Shown here: positions 35,372 to 46,962 of the stretch, piece by piece
How the letters are laid out: each line of letters begins with the position of its first letter
How positions within the stretch are numbered: position 1 is the first letter of the stretch
Source: Macrostomum lignano
Lineage: Eukaryota
DNA length: 49,622 bases
NCBI GenBank assembly: GCA_002269645.1
Contig: NIVC01003290.1
Span: forward strand, 1-49,622
Direction of reading: 5' to 3'
Program-made: the position numbers and the translations under genes
Notes under the pieces: model-generated
Seen by the model: the letters and a program-made list of their open reading frames with translations, nothing else
The model's database searches: none
What the model was told of the DNA's origin: nothing

Positions 35372-37705
35372 TCAGAGCTCGCTCCGCTGCTCCTTGCTGC
35401 GCAGACCGATGGCTGTCCTCAGGAAGTCAGACAGGGCTGCGAGGTCGCGGAGGCCGCGGAAGCTGTCCACCAGGTGACCCTGCTGGTAAAGCAGCAGACT
35501 AGGATAGGCGCGAACCCCCTGCTGATTGCACAGGCCGGCTTCCTCGGTGCAGTCCACACGGCCCAGCACCAGCTGCTGGCGGTCTGGGAACTCCTGCGCC
35601 AAATCCTGTGCCAGCCGCTCCCAGACCGGCGCCAGTCGCTGACAGTGCGAGCACCTGCGGCAGACAGTCAAGTGAATGCGTCAGCGGAACAGCATCTCTG
35701 ACTCATCCCACTCCTTCGACTCTGACCCAGTTCTATTCAGACTCTGACTCATCTTACTCCTTCGACTCTGACCCAGTTCTATTCAGACTCTGACCCAGTT
35801 CTATTCAGACTCTGACCCAGTTCTATTCAGATTCTGACCCAGTTCTATTCATACTCTGACCCACTCCTACCCCAGGTCTGACTGCTTCAAACCGAGCACA
35901 GAAACTCACCAGGGAGCGAAAAATTTGACAAACAGGAATTCTGTCGACCGAGCAGTTTTGTCAAAGGAGCTCCAAGTCAGGGAAACCGGCTTGACAATCT
36001 GAAAAGAATGAAAAGCAAAAACTTTGCAGACAAATCCAACTCCAAGATCCAACAGCAGGGGTTAATCCTGCTTCCTGCCGAATAGATGGGGCTTTCGAGC
36101 CAGCTTTCACGAAAAAAATAGCAGCCAGACTCAATTATGACTAGCATTCCACCACCAATGAGCACAGTAGAAGCATTTGCATTCCACACACTTTCCTAGA
36201 AATATCAGCCTTTGACCAGAACTTGAACAGCAAAGCCAGCAGCTGTTGGTAAAGTGTCTCAAAAGCGAAAACTTGACCAGCCATTCAGTAGTAAGTCAAA
36301 CTCTCAGTCATCTCCTCTTGACCTTGGCAGTGCGCACACAGTGAAGCAGACAGTTAAAAAGGAACCAAACAAGTAAAGAAGCCTACAGACTATTGCATAA
36401 AAATAATAAAAATAAAATAGGTCAGATATAATTAGGATACAATAATCCTGATGGCAAAATCCTCACCGAATACCAGTTCTCAAGGACTCCCTCAGAGACA
36501 GCCGCAGCTCTGTCGGCAACCAGCTCCTGTAGTTTCAGCTGCAGGAACTGCTGCCAATTTTCGATGGTGTTGTCGGCCTCGTGAACACCCAGACGACGGC
36601 CGTGGCCGAACAGCGCCATGTAGGGATAATGCGGCACTGCCTGCTTGCTGCAAGTGTCCGGCTGGCTTTCGCAGTTCACCTGGCCCAGCGCCACGCCCAG
36701 CCGCTTGGCCAGCGGAGCCAGCTGAGGGAACAGCGGCTTCAGCAGTTTGCAATGCGGGCACCAGTCTGTGAAGAATTTCACAAATACCGGCCCGCCAGCA
36801 GTGAACGAGTCGAAGTTCGCGTCCGTCAGCTCCATCACGCCATCCAGCATTAGTGGTGGGGATGCGGCAGTATCGCCAAGGGCTTCTGCCTCGACAGCGG
36901 GTACCGTGGAGCCGAGCATCGCCTTGCCCAGGAAGCTCAGCAGCGTACCGGCAGTTCGGCGACCACGAAACACCTGCGGCTGATGCGAGCCATGCTGGTG
37001 GAATCTGATGCTGCGGGATCAGGTAACTGGGCTGGTGGAATCTGATGCTGCGGGATCAGAGATCAGGTAACTGGGCTGGTGGAATCTGATGCTGCGGGAT
37101 CAGGTAACTGGGCTGGTGGAATCTGATGCCGCGGGATCAGAGATCAGGTAACTGGGCTGGTGGAATCTGATGCTGCGGGATCAGGTAACTGGGCTGGTGG
37201 AATCTGATGCTGCGGGATCAGAGATCAGGTAACTGGGCTGGTGGAATCTGATGCTGCGGGATCAGGTAATTGGGCTGGTGGAATCTGATGCTGCGGGATC
37301 AGGTAACTGGGCTGGTGGAATCTGATGCTGCAGGATCAGGTAACTGGGCTGGTGGAATCTGATGCTGCAGGATCAGGTAACTGGGCACAGGTTCTGGTGC
37401 TGCAGGATCAGGGGTCAGACAGCTTGGGTCAGCAAAGGGCTTCACAAATTATTAACACTCACCTTGGGTAATACTTTATCTTATGTTTGGCACACAGTTC
37501 TGTTTCAGCTTCACAATCAATCTGAAATAGATTAAAAGGAACGATATTTATTACAGATAGGACTAACTGGAATGCCCTTATAGAGCTACCAATTAAAATA
37601 TTTATTCTACTTACCAAATGACTAGCAAAACCGCTGCCAACAGTTGGCAGGCTGTGCACATCAATGCCTTTCCACAATTTCAGGAACTGTTGGCTGAATG
37701 GGCAT
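35372..37705 (-). CDS. TXNDC5: TXNDC5/ERp46-like protein disulfide isomerase with three thioredoxin domains; N-terminal exon(s) not resolved
   Basis: Exons 37705-37615, 37521-37463, 37010-36467, 35998-35910, 35654-35372 with consistent phases. Active sites CPFS, WCPHC and WCSHC. Each domain has a VDC/VNC/IDC..C..YP motif. C-terminus RSEL (KDEL-like). Confidence 0.88.
35720..35865. repeat. 22-bp intronic minisatellite
   Basis: ttctattcagactctgacccag, about 5-6 copies, in intron 35655-35909. Confidence 0.88.
36995..37385 (-). repeat. 37/43-bp tandem array, 10 copies, each containing the 3' splice site and the first 16 exon bases
   Basis: Minus-strand unit cccagttacctgatcccgcag|catcagattccaccag. 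The copy at 36995-37031 supplies the in-frame acceptor (YP-S-IRFHQ). Confidence 0.95.
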
Positions 37706-38309
37706 CTGTGAAAAATTTCAAGTCTTATTATTAAGTTGCAAAAAATTAAAACTTAAATAAGTGAAGTAATGCAAAAGCTAACTAAAAGCTAAAGCATTTG
37801 TATGCCAGCAAAAGCATTTGTACACTGGAATTTTCTAGCATATACTACACCTTTTGCAATATGGGCTATGGCATAGAAAAGCTGGTGTTGAATGTGGCCC
37901 AGCATGATATTAGACATGCTTTGTTAAGACAAAAGTTTGTGAAAAGACATGGTGTTGTGAAGACAAGAATTCATACTTATTTTTATTGCAAAATGATAAG
38001 TAAATTTTAATGTGCAAAAAAGAAACATTATATATTTGCATACTACAAAAGTTTTAAAAAAATGTTAAACACTTGGGGTTTTTTGAAGTGCATTTTTAAA
38101 TGTAAAAAGTTGTATGTTTTTTCTGTAACATATTAGTTTGGCATGCATTTGCTGATGTGCATCTACCTGGCACTGGCATTAAAATAATTTATTGAACAAG
38201 TGTAGGATTTCCTAGGGCCTATCTATATTTAATATAGATAAAATGCATTTATTCTTACAACTTTATCTTTAGATATAAAACTGGCAATTTAAGCCCCCCG
38301 TTGGGGAGC

Positions 38310-38735
38310 AAAGAAAGACAGCAAGCATCCCCCAGACAGCAAGCATTCCCCAGACAGCAAGCATTTCCTAGACAGCAGGCATCCCCTAGACAGCAGGCAT
38401 CCTCCAGACAGCAGGCATCCACCAGATAGCAAACAATCCCCTAGACAGCAAGCAATCCCCCAGACAGCAAGCATCCCCCAGATAGCAAGCATCCTCCAGA
38501 CAGCAAGCATTCCCCAGACAGCAAGCATTCCCTAGACAGCAAGCATCCCCCAGACAGCAGGCATCCTCCAGACAGCAGGCATCCACCAGATAGCAAACAA
38601 TCCCCTAGACAGCAAGCAATCCCCCAGACAGCAAGCATCCCCCAGATCTAGACAGCAAGCATTCCCCAGATGGCAAATATCCTTAAGACAGCAAGCATCC
38701 CCCAGATGGCAAGTATCCCTAAGACAGCAAGCATC
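38310..38735. repeat. 18-bp minisatellite with a ~164-bp block duplication
   Basis: ccagacagcaagcatccc variants. The distinctive catccaccagatagcaaacaatcc recurs at 38416 and 38580. Confidence 0.92.
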
Positions 38736-38895
38736 TAACAGACGTAGCAAGCACCCAAGACCCGGGGCAAACATAGACAGACCATTTTTAGCATCAGCCA
38801 TATATGCTTTGGCACTGCAATCAAATACATAGCAGTGATAGTCCGCTCAGTGTGCGAGCAGAGCCAATGCACTGTTGAGTGAAATCTAAAAATAG

Positions 38896-39631
38896 CAGTG
38901 TTGGGCACCATTAATGAAAATCTTAACTTCCATTAATAGCAAAAGCGTTAAAACAAAAAAATCTTAACTTTTTAACTCCTAATTTCGTTAAGTTAACTGA
39001 AAGCTAACTGATAATCGTTAGTAAGCGTTAATCCATTAAAGTTAACATAGAAAATACGGAAATCTTGCACATTTTTTCCAAAACAGACTTTGTAATGCAC
39101 ATCTATGCTATTCCATCTTTTTAGCAAAACACAGGGGTCATCTAAGCAATTTGAAAGCTAAAAAAGTAATAAATAATCATTTTAAAAACTTGGGATTGGG
39201 ACAAAGATTGGGACAAAAGTGAATCAAATCAATTGATGCTCACGCGCAAGAAATAAAGTTTCACACTATTTTAATTCATTATTTTAAAGTTTATTTGTAA
39301 GAAGTTGTTAATTACATGTACGTCTGTATGATCATCGTCATAAATAAAGAGATTATATTTAGGCATATAGGTAAACTCAAATACGTTCGTAATGTTTAAA
39401 CTTCTTGTAAGACTTCTATTTTTTGTTCCTTCTTTGCGTCTTTGGTCATAGACATAGACACTACCATTAATGATGAATTTATTGTTAATTCACAAAATTT
39501 TTAACACAATTTTGTTAATCCATTAGTTCAAAAAATCTTAATGACAGTCCATTAGTGTTAATGAAAAATCTTAACACTTATTAACGCTTATTAACGGATT
39601 AACGCTTTTTAATAGACTGGTGCCCCTATTG
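38896..39631. mobile_element. possible hAT-like non-autonomous relic
   Basis: Imperfect inverted ends cagtgttgggcacca / tggtgcccctattg, with subterminal gcgttaa/ttaacgc and aatcttaac repeats at both ends. No TSD found. Confidence 0.35.
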
Positions 39632-39639
39632 CAGCCAAG

Positions 39640-39950
39640 GTCTGAACCGCGCCGGACGCCCCCCTTTCCCGCGCCAGACATCTACCCGTACTGCGCCAGG
39701 GCCAGTCCCCAGGATCAGTGATTTGGTTCAATTAGTCAGTCAATGGCTCGCCGCGCGCTGCGCGCCGCCGCCACACACCACGCCACCGCGCGCCGCCGCC
39801 ACGCGCCGCGCCGCCGCCGCGCGCCGCGCCGCCACCAGTCCAATCCGCGCCGGACGCCGTCCACGAAAATGGCCATTGGCTGCAATAGGGACTGGTGCCA
39901 GGTGCCTAACACTGAAAATAGCAATTCTCTATGCAGTTTGCCAATCAACC
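39640..39950. promoter_or_regulatory. CpG-rich island with CCAAT-type motifs, candidate promoter (possibly for the TXNDC5-like gene)
   Basis: (GCGCC)-rich CpG cluster inside AT-rich DNA; ccaat/attgg at about 39840, 39875 and 39941. Confidence 0.35.
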
Positions 39951-41809
39951 AGGGTCAGAACACAGAAACTGAGCATCTCCCTTTCATATATTAAAGATGT
40001 TGAATATTTAATTATTTATAGCTCCTAGTATCCAAGCTAAAAGAAATTGGAGTTTAGTCTATGGCCATAGACATATTGAGCTCTCACTGCGAGAGAAATA
40101 CACTAATTAGATAGGGAAAATACAGTTTTTTTAATATTTAACCAACTTCTATTCAAATTTTTCAATGCAATTAACCCACACAATCTCACAAGAATTTTGA
40201 GTTGAATAAAGCAAGTTTGAAAAAAATCGGTTTAGGCATTCAGGCTGTGGACTGGAATACTAATCAGACAAACAGATCTTAGAGATTTAGTATATTGTGA
40301 TTATATTTGAATAGAAAATTATTCAATATAAACCTTAGATAAAAAAATGTTGTGTAAGTAGTGCAATCTATTAGTATATTTTTCCTATAAAGTATAAACT
40401 ATGTCTAGGGGGGCTATATTAATAATTAATTTGTGAAATTCTTTTATTGACTTTTAAATGTATATTTTTGCAATATAATTACTTACTTAGCAGAATAATA
40501 AGTAACTAGTACATTCCTCTCTTTGATGTCATTCATCAATGATATGTGTGTTGATGATTTTGCATATACAAATGATATTAGGCCTAAACCAATAAAAGAT
40601 AACTTCCATGCTAATCTATAATACAGACTATACATCCTCCGATGTTGCGGCTGCAACCGCTCTTGGACTTAGGGCAAATATGTCACAAATTACTTTTAAA
40701 TTCCTGAATAAACTTGCGTTGTAGCTACTTCAATTTGGACTCTTAAGAAGTTAAATGACAGTCCACGCACGCAACAGGGTCTCCCTAAAACACGTATCGC
40801 ACCACCCGCAGCGCTACACATTATAACATTTTTGTCAATGCAGTATTTGATTACAGAAAAAACTATTTCTTATAAGATTAACGGAATAAATACCTTAAAT
40901 TGTTATATTAAATATTCTTTTTTTTCTTATTCTCGTTTTCTTGATGAAAATTATATTATCATTATTTTATTATTATTATTACTAAAAACTTATTATTCAC
41001 AGAATTTTATGTTTTGAAGTAAAAAACTTTACTTTGAAGTGAAAAAAATTAATAAAAACTTAAAACTTAACAGACAACGTATTCTGAAATGTCTTCAGTT
41101 ATAGTCCAATTTGTTTACCGCTGCGGGACGGTACACGTGTTTTAAGGATCGAGCCCTAACAACAACAATAACTTTAAAGTCGTTGAAAAGATAAACAAAA
41201 TTTAAAAGCCACTAACAGCTAACCATCTATCTGAAACTAAGCTAATCGGATTATAGCATAAAGAATAGTAACTATTTTCTATACTTCTGCGCTTTTCAGC
41301 CATATCTCGTTGCTATTGATCTTCAGATAAACGGACGATATCTGTTGCTTTCTATATAAAAAAAGAAAAATAGTTTGGGGATGAAGTGAAAATGAAAAAA
41401 ACAAAAGAAATTTCTGTGCATTTTTAGCTTCAGCTTCGAGTTACATGTATATACACATGTAGATCTCCAGACTCCAGTTTGAAATGGACGTGAACATGTA
41501 CATGTGTACACGTTGTACGACTTAAAAAATTAAAGCTGTTTTAGTTTAATCTTGCGAGACAAATTTGTGGGCTGTTTCATCTATTACATCTACACTGTGT
41601 GAACTATTCACATGGCAAAAGAGGTTGGGTAGCATTTTTAGCTAAGCTATAGATTTACATGTACATGTACAATTTGAGATGCTGGAGGCCCTAATAATAA
41701 AAAGAAATCTGATGAAATTCATAAGCTGCTTTAATTACTCGATCGTTCAGTGCGTAAATGTTTCGAAGACAGACTGACGCACAAATACACAATATCTCGA
41801 AACAGCTAG

Positions 41810-42610
41810 TTATTCTGCAGAGTTGCATGTCGACAGGCCGTGAAATGTTCGGAGTCTTCTGAGACCGCTGGTCACAGGATGAGGGTCCCAAGCAGGTTGT
41901 GTCTGATTTGTTAGCCGCCCACGCTGCCTCTGTCGCAAAGCCGTAGCCCCAGAGCGTTCTACCGGATCTGCAGGGGTCGGGCAGCCCGGCGGGGAGAACC
42001 GAAGTCCCAACCCGGCCACCGCAGCCGTTTTACCGCAGCCAGCTACAGTGGACGATTCCCCACCGGGTTTCATTAGGCCGATGGAGAAGTCCGGAAGCTG
42101 TGACCGCCATCTCCAGACCGCTTCGCTGAAGCTGCTTCCGTCAACGCCACGGCGGAGGCGCCGGCTGTGACGCGAACGCACTGTGACTGATGCTGCGGCG
42201 GCCTCATTGCTTGCTTCGTGTAGCTCTATCAGTTTCTTCTCTGTCTCACCAAGACAGTCGCAACCGGCAATGTCTTTGCCTGGTGCAAGTCGCTGAAGCG
42301 CTGGCAGCCGCTGCTGTCTCATCATTGCTGCCGCAGCTATCTCCGCTGACGCCGGCGGCTGCAGAAATGGACTCGGATGGAGATGCCGTCGCTTAGGCTT
42401 CGGTGGCGGTGGTGGTGGCGGCTGAGGCGGCCTGGTGTCCTCGAAAAGGGGGCACAAAACGCCGCGGAGATCGGCGAAGCTGGTGGTGGCCTCCCTGCGG
42501 AACTGTAGCAGCTGTAGCTCGTTGCAGGCTGAATTCAGCTCGCGCAGGTGAAGGCAGTTCAGCTGCCGCCGTTTCACGAGCTGCCGCACCGAGTCCTTCT
42601 CGGTGTGCAT
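41810..42610 (-). CDS. uncharacterised protein (ORF/exon of about 266 codons), Pro-rich middle
   Basis: Long GC-rich open frame in AT-rich surroundings, starting MHTEKDSVRQL, with an amphipathic LHLRELNSACNELQ segment. No family confidently recognised. Confidence 0.5.
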   Translation of the reverse strand: MHTEKDSVRQLVKRRQLNCLHLRELNSACNELQLLQFRREATTSFADLRGVLCPLFEDTRPPQPPPPPPPKPKRRHLHPSPFLQPPASAEIAAAAMMRQQRLPALQRLAPGKDIAGCDCLGETEKKLIELHEASNEAAAASVTVRSRHSRRLRRGVDGSSFSEAVWRWRSQLPDFSIGLMKPGGESSTVAGCGKTAAVAGLGLRFSPPGCPTPADPVERSGATALRQRQRGRLTNQTQPAWDPHPVTSGLRRLRTFHGLSTCNSAE

Positions 42611-43659
42611 TGCACTGCAGCACTTTAGCTTGCTATGCGTCTGTAGGTCTCTGAGGCCGCTCGGAATAATCTGAATAAATCTTCTGTGCACTAACCCGTC
42701 TTATTTAGCCACTCTTGCTAGCTCAACTGCCACACAATTGAGGTGCATGGGTGTGCGGTGGTTTGCCAACCCCGCTGCGCAGCTCACACTTATTATTATA
42801 CCCTCGCATCTACACCCAGACCGGAACAGCAACAAAAGGTTGGAAGAGCAGCGGCCTCACCCATAAAGCTTAAATCATACCATCACCCCTCCTGCAAAGC
42901 AGACAATTACTGATGAGGTTGGCTCCAGCAGTGCTATATTATGCTCATGCTCATTTCCAGCCTGCACTGGTCTCCATAAATACTGACACGGACTGCGTCT
43001 TTTAACCAGTGCACGACGTGTACTGGATTAATACCCACAATAATACCACTGTAGCAGCTATGATTATTATACAAAAAATGAAAATATGAACATTGAATAT
43101 CAATGAATATCAAAATATGAACATTGGGCCTGCCTCCTATTGAAAGCAATTACATTTTTTGTGCTGAAGAAATGAAAACTTCGAATTCCTATCTCCGTAG
43201 TGTACTTTTCAAAAAATCCTGCCTCCCAAAAATTTCCAAGAAACGAGGTTTCCTGTCTTTCTATTTGAGTCGTACTTACATTAACTGAAAGATTAAGAGA
43301 AATTGAAGCTGAGGGAGAAAAGATTTGGTATTTGACGAAACGCCGTTTCTCGATCGTTGTAGTGCATCCGTGAATGAACAGCGTCAGCAGCACATGTACC
43401 GAAGTTGGGTACTGTTAGAACTGTACACAGGTTGGGGAAGGCAGACAGACAATTTGGAGGGTTCGATGCGCGTGACTTTTCTCACTACGTGAGCCCCAAA
43501 CCCGATCACAGCAGGTACAATCCGACACTCGACGCGAAATAAATGGCCGGTCACTGGAGTTGGCGCATCAGGTCACTAAGACGGCCACGCCGTGGTGATA
43601 AATAGTAGTGCCCGCGATCTCGAACGCGCTGCAGGCCGGGAGCACGAGAGATGCCCGCC

Positions 43660-44010
43660 GAGCTTTTCCCACCGAGATTTACCTGCCGAGTACTTGCCGA
43701 GTATTTTCCCGCCGAGTAAATTACCCGCGAGCGAGTTGCCCGCGGAGTTTTTTCCCTGCCCCCCCCCCCCCAAAAAAATATGCAGTTAATATGCAGTTAC
43801 TATTAAAACGTTTTTATCGTGTAAATCTATTTATTAAGATTTACATGTACTAAGCATTGGGAACGCAATGCAGACAAAATCTGCCGCGTGGCTAAATGCG
43901 CTGCAGTAAAAAAGCACTGCGGGCAAACCTCGACGGGAAAAAACTCGGCGGGCAACTCGCTCGCGGGCAAATTGCACTGCGGGCAAATCTCCACGGGAAA
44001 ATTCACTCAC
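43660..44010. repeat. inverted pair of gcgggcaa-rich repeat blocks (MITE-like); related copy at 45985-46060
   Basis: The reverse complement of 43725-43760 matches gggaaaaaactcggcgggcaactcgctcgcggg at about 43935-43970. The ~15-bp motif actgcgggcaaatct recurs at 44.0 and 46.0 kb. Confidence 0.7.
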
Positions 44011-45279
44011 GTGATGGGTTTCGACCTTTCAGGCCCCTTGTGAGGAAGCCTTCGGGCCTCAGGCCTCAGAAATAAATCAATTAGAGTCCTGGCCCCCCAC
44101 TCCTGTCAGATGGTCAGCCCCATGGTAGCTTGATCGTGTGGCGAGCAGTCTAGGTCCTATAGCTAAGAGAGGGACAGCGAGAGACAAGCAGGGAGAATTT
44201 TGAAGGTAGAAATTAGCTAATCCGCAGACTAAGCTAACTCGCTGCCACCAGCCCGTACGTCCTGGCTCACCACACCGGGACTCTCGAAATCGGGCTTCCG
44301 ACTAGAAGGGGCTTTGCACTTACCTGCCAACTAGTGTCTTTTTGCTGTCAATCTCGAAGTCATAGCCGATGATAAGGGACACTGCTGGGACTAGATCGCA
44401 TTGGCCATGCAGGTACAGAGGGGACTTGTGCAGGGGATTCTTGCAGTGGCGAGTCTATGGGGTAGCTACATGTACTATTACATTGCTAAATACGAAGATA
44501 TGTACTTTTGGCCTTCAACGCGCCAACTAGCCTCTCATAGCGCTGATGATAGACTAACTCGAACTTCAGAGACCTCGCATGATTCATTACCCGAGCCGCT
44601 TGGCTAACCTAGAGTGCACAAAGTACATCTCTGGCGCCGATTCTGCACTTCTGGCAGTTTTGCTCACTGATTTGATTGATTGATCGACTGAGAACCGCTT
44701 TGCCATTGGTCCACTGTGACCGGCGCCTACTAGCTTAGCTACTCATCTGAGCCATCGGCGAACAAAGAAATAAAACCGATAAAAATAACTGTCAGATTTA
44801 ACCTCCTCCTTAGATCACTTCACACCTCAGATTGAATTGGAGTTTCAGACTACTAGCAGTATTATTAAGTGATTTCTGCCTCAGTAACAGCACTACTGAA
44901 CAAAATGAGCAAAAGTGTGCGCCTAATCCAGCTACTGAAACAGGGGACAGATAGGGGATCACCCAATCAAGCAAGTCTAGGTAGCCTCTCACCCAACCAA
45001 TCAGAAACTCAACAGCCGGAGACCAGGTAATCCACAGTGACCGAATCGGCTCGATGCTCTGTAGCTGTAGACTCGGGATGATGCTGACACAATCTTCGCT
45101 GATAGCTAGCAGGTGATGATCTTCGCTTGATGTTCGCTGCTGACGACCGGGGGATTCGTCCTTGATGATGATGGGGGGAAGTCGCAATCCGGGCATCAAG
45201 AAACGACGGTCGCGCTCCGGGAACCAGAAGTTGCGTGCTGGGCCCGAGCAGGTTGGAGTCTAGTCCGAGCGGGCCAAAA

Positions 45280-45420
45280 ACTCCGGTTTAAATAGCCGCC
45301 AACTGGACCGCAGTTTGTTATAATGTGAGCCGTTTTGTTAAAATGAGCGCCGAATTTTCTGATTGGCTAAGCTTGTTGCTACCCAGAATCACGTGACCGA
45401 GAGATCCTATCAGTTCTCAC
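45280..45420. promoter_or_regulatory. candidate core promoter (CCAAT box plus TCACGTGAC E-box)
   Basis: ctgattggct at about 45358-45367 and aatcacgtgacc at about 45387-45398, next to a CpG-rich stretch. Target gene unknown. Confidence 0.3.
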
Positions 45421-46962
45421 AGGGTCGTAAAAAGATGACAGGTGCGGCCATAAATCACTCAAAATCGCAACAAAATGATTTATGACTTTTCGCGTAGGAT
45501 TGACAGAAATTAATGAAAAAATATACATTAGAAAGCTCTTATTAAATAGAAAGTGAAGATAATGAAGAGAAATTGCTAATCGCTAATCCCAAAGTACTTT
45601 TAGGGGTAAAACGCATAGCTGTCAAAGCTGTCACACGCTTGAGTGAATCCGAACAATAGGCTCTGACCTCATAAATCTTGATGGCCTGTCAAAATGATGA
45701 GAAAAAAGCTACCGCCCGCATCCTCTCAGACCATCTGGCGCCCGCCTCAACACTGAGTGAGGCGCAGGTGGCTGTCAGACCAGCTTCGAAAGCGATGATT
45801 TATGATCCAAAAAGCAATGCCTATGTTATTATGACTACTAGTATGACCAGACATTATATCTAGTATAGATTCTATGACTATTCGCAGAAAAAAAATAAAA
45901 ATGCCCATTGCCCACTGTTAGTAGGCTAGTAAGTTTAGAGCCCATGTGCTAGCGCGGGGTTTGGAAAAAAGTGCGTCCTCATCACACGGGCAAAATGCAC
46001 TGCGGGCAAATCTCGGCGGGAAAAGCTCGGCGGGCAATTCGTCTGCGGGCATTTCTCATGGACCCCTGCAGGCCAGCGTGCGCCACGTCGATTTGCTGTT
46101 CCAGCGAAGTGTCCAAAGTCTCGAGTACCTTTACAAAAGGAAGACGGTCTTTACCTTTGCCTGAACTTGCCAGCACGAAATAAGTAAGACATCGTAAGCT
46201 CATCGTACAAGTACGGACATGTACAACAGTGTTGCTTACTCCAAACGGAAGCAAGTCATTGCAGGCAAGTACGCGGCAAACCAAACAACCGAGATAAACT
46301 ACGCTCGTACTGACGTGGAATACAATAATTGTGAGGGGATTGTCGAGTGACGTCGCTACAATTTTACCCACAGCGTTAAAACCTACATGCATCATCACAA
46401 TGATATTCTTTATTCTTAGGAAGGATTCAGAAAACTATTAGACGCAGTCACAATTCGTAACAAACTCCAAGAAATCTCGGTTCCTTTGGAGCACCCAGAG
46501 AGCTGTTATGAGACAATTGTGCTCAAACCAGCCAGAATAGATTCCTGGACTCACTAATCTAGCTGAAATGAGTTTACAGGAAGAAAGCACGGATATGAAT
46601 CCGGATTAAGACGCTGCCTTAGCGCAGTGCAATCAGAGCAACACAATTTAGAAAACGCAATGCACTTTTATTTTTGCCTTCGGGCTGCAATAGTAACACA
46701 AGATTAAAAACACTGTACAGATTCGCTGCCACAGTGAGCAGCAGCCCAGTCCATTAACTGTACTCAGATACACAACCAGACTAAGAAACCGCGGGCTTAA
46801 GATTGCTACATTTCATACCAGTTAACAAACCCGCTCTGGCCGTTGACTGTTTCTGTCTTGGTGGCTTCGAATGACAGAATGTCGGACAGCAAGTCAGGTG
46901 AAAATTAAACCAATCAGAGCACACAAAGATGCAGTTAATGAACAGGGAGAAAGGCATGTCAG

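Noticed and set aside
38160-38900. Candidate N-terminal exons of the TXNDC5-like gene (e.g. hydrophobic MYLIAVPKHIWLMLKMVCLCL at about 38.8 kb)
   Set aside because: Could not join them to the 37705 acceptor with convincing phase and motif, so not reported as exons.
44401-45199. Small ORFs 44401-44607 (+, one hydrophobic stretch) and 44810-45199 (-)
   Set aside because: Short, no homology recognised and no exon structure; cannot be distinguished from chance ORFs.
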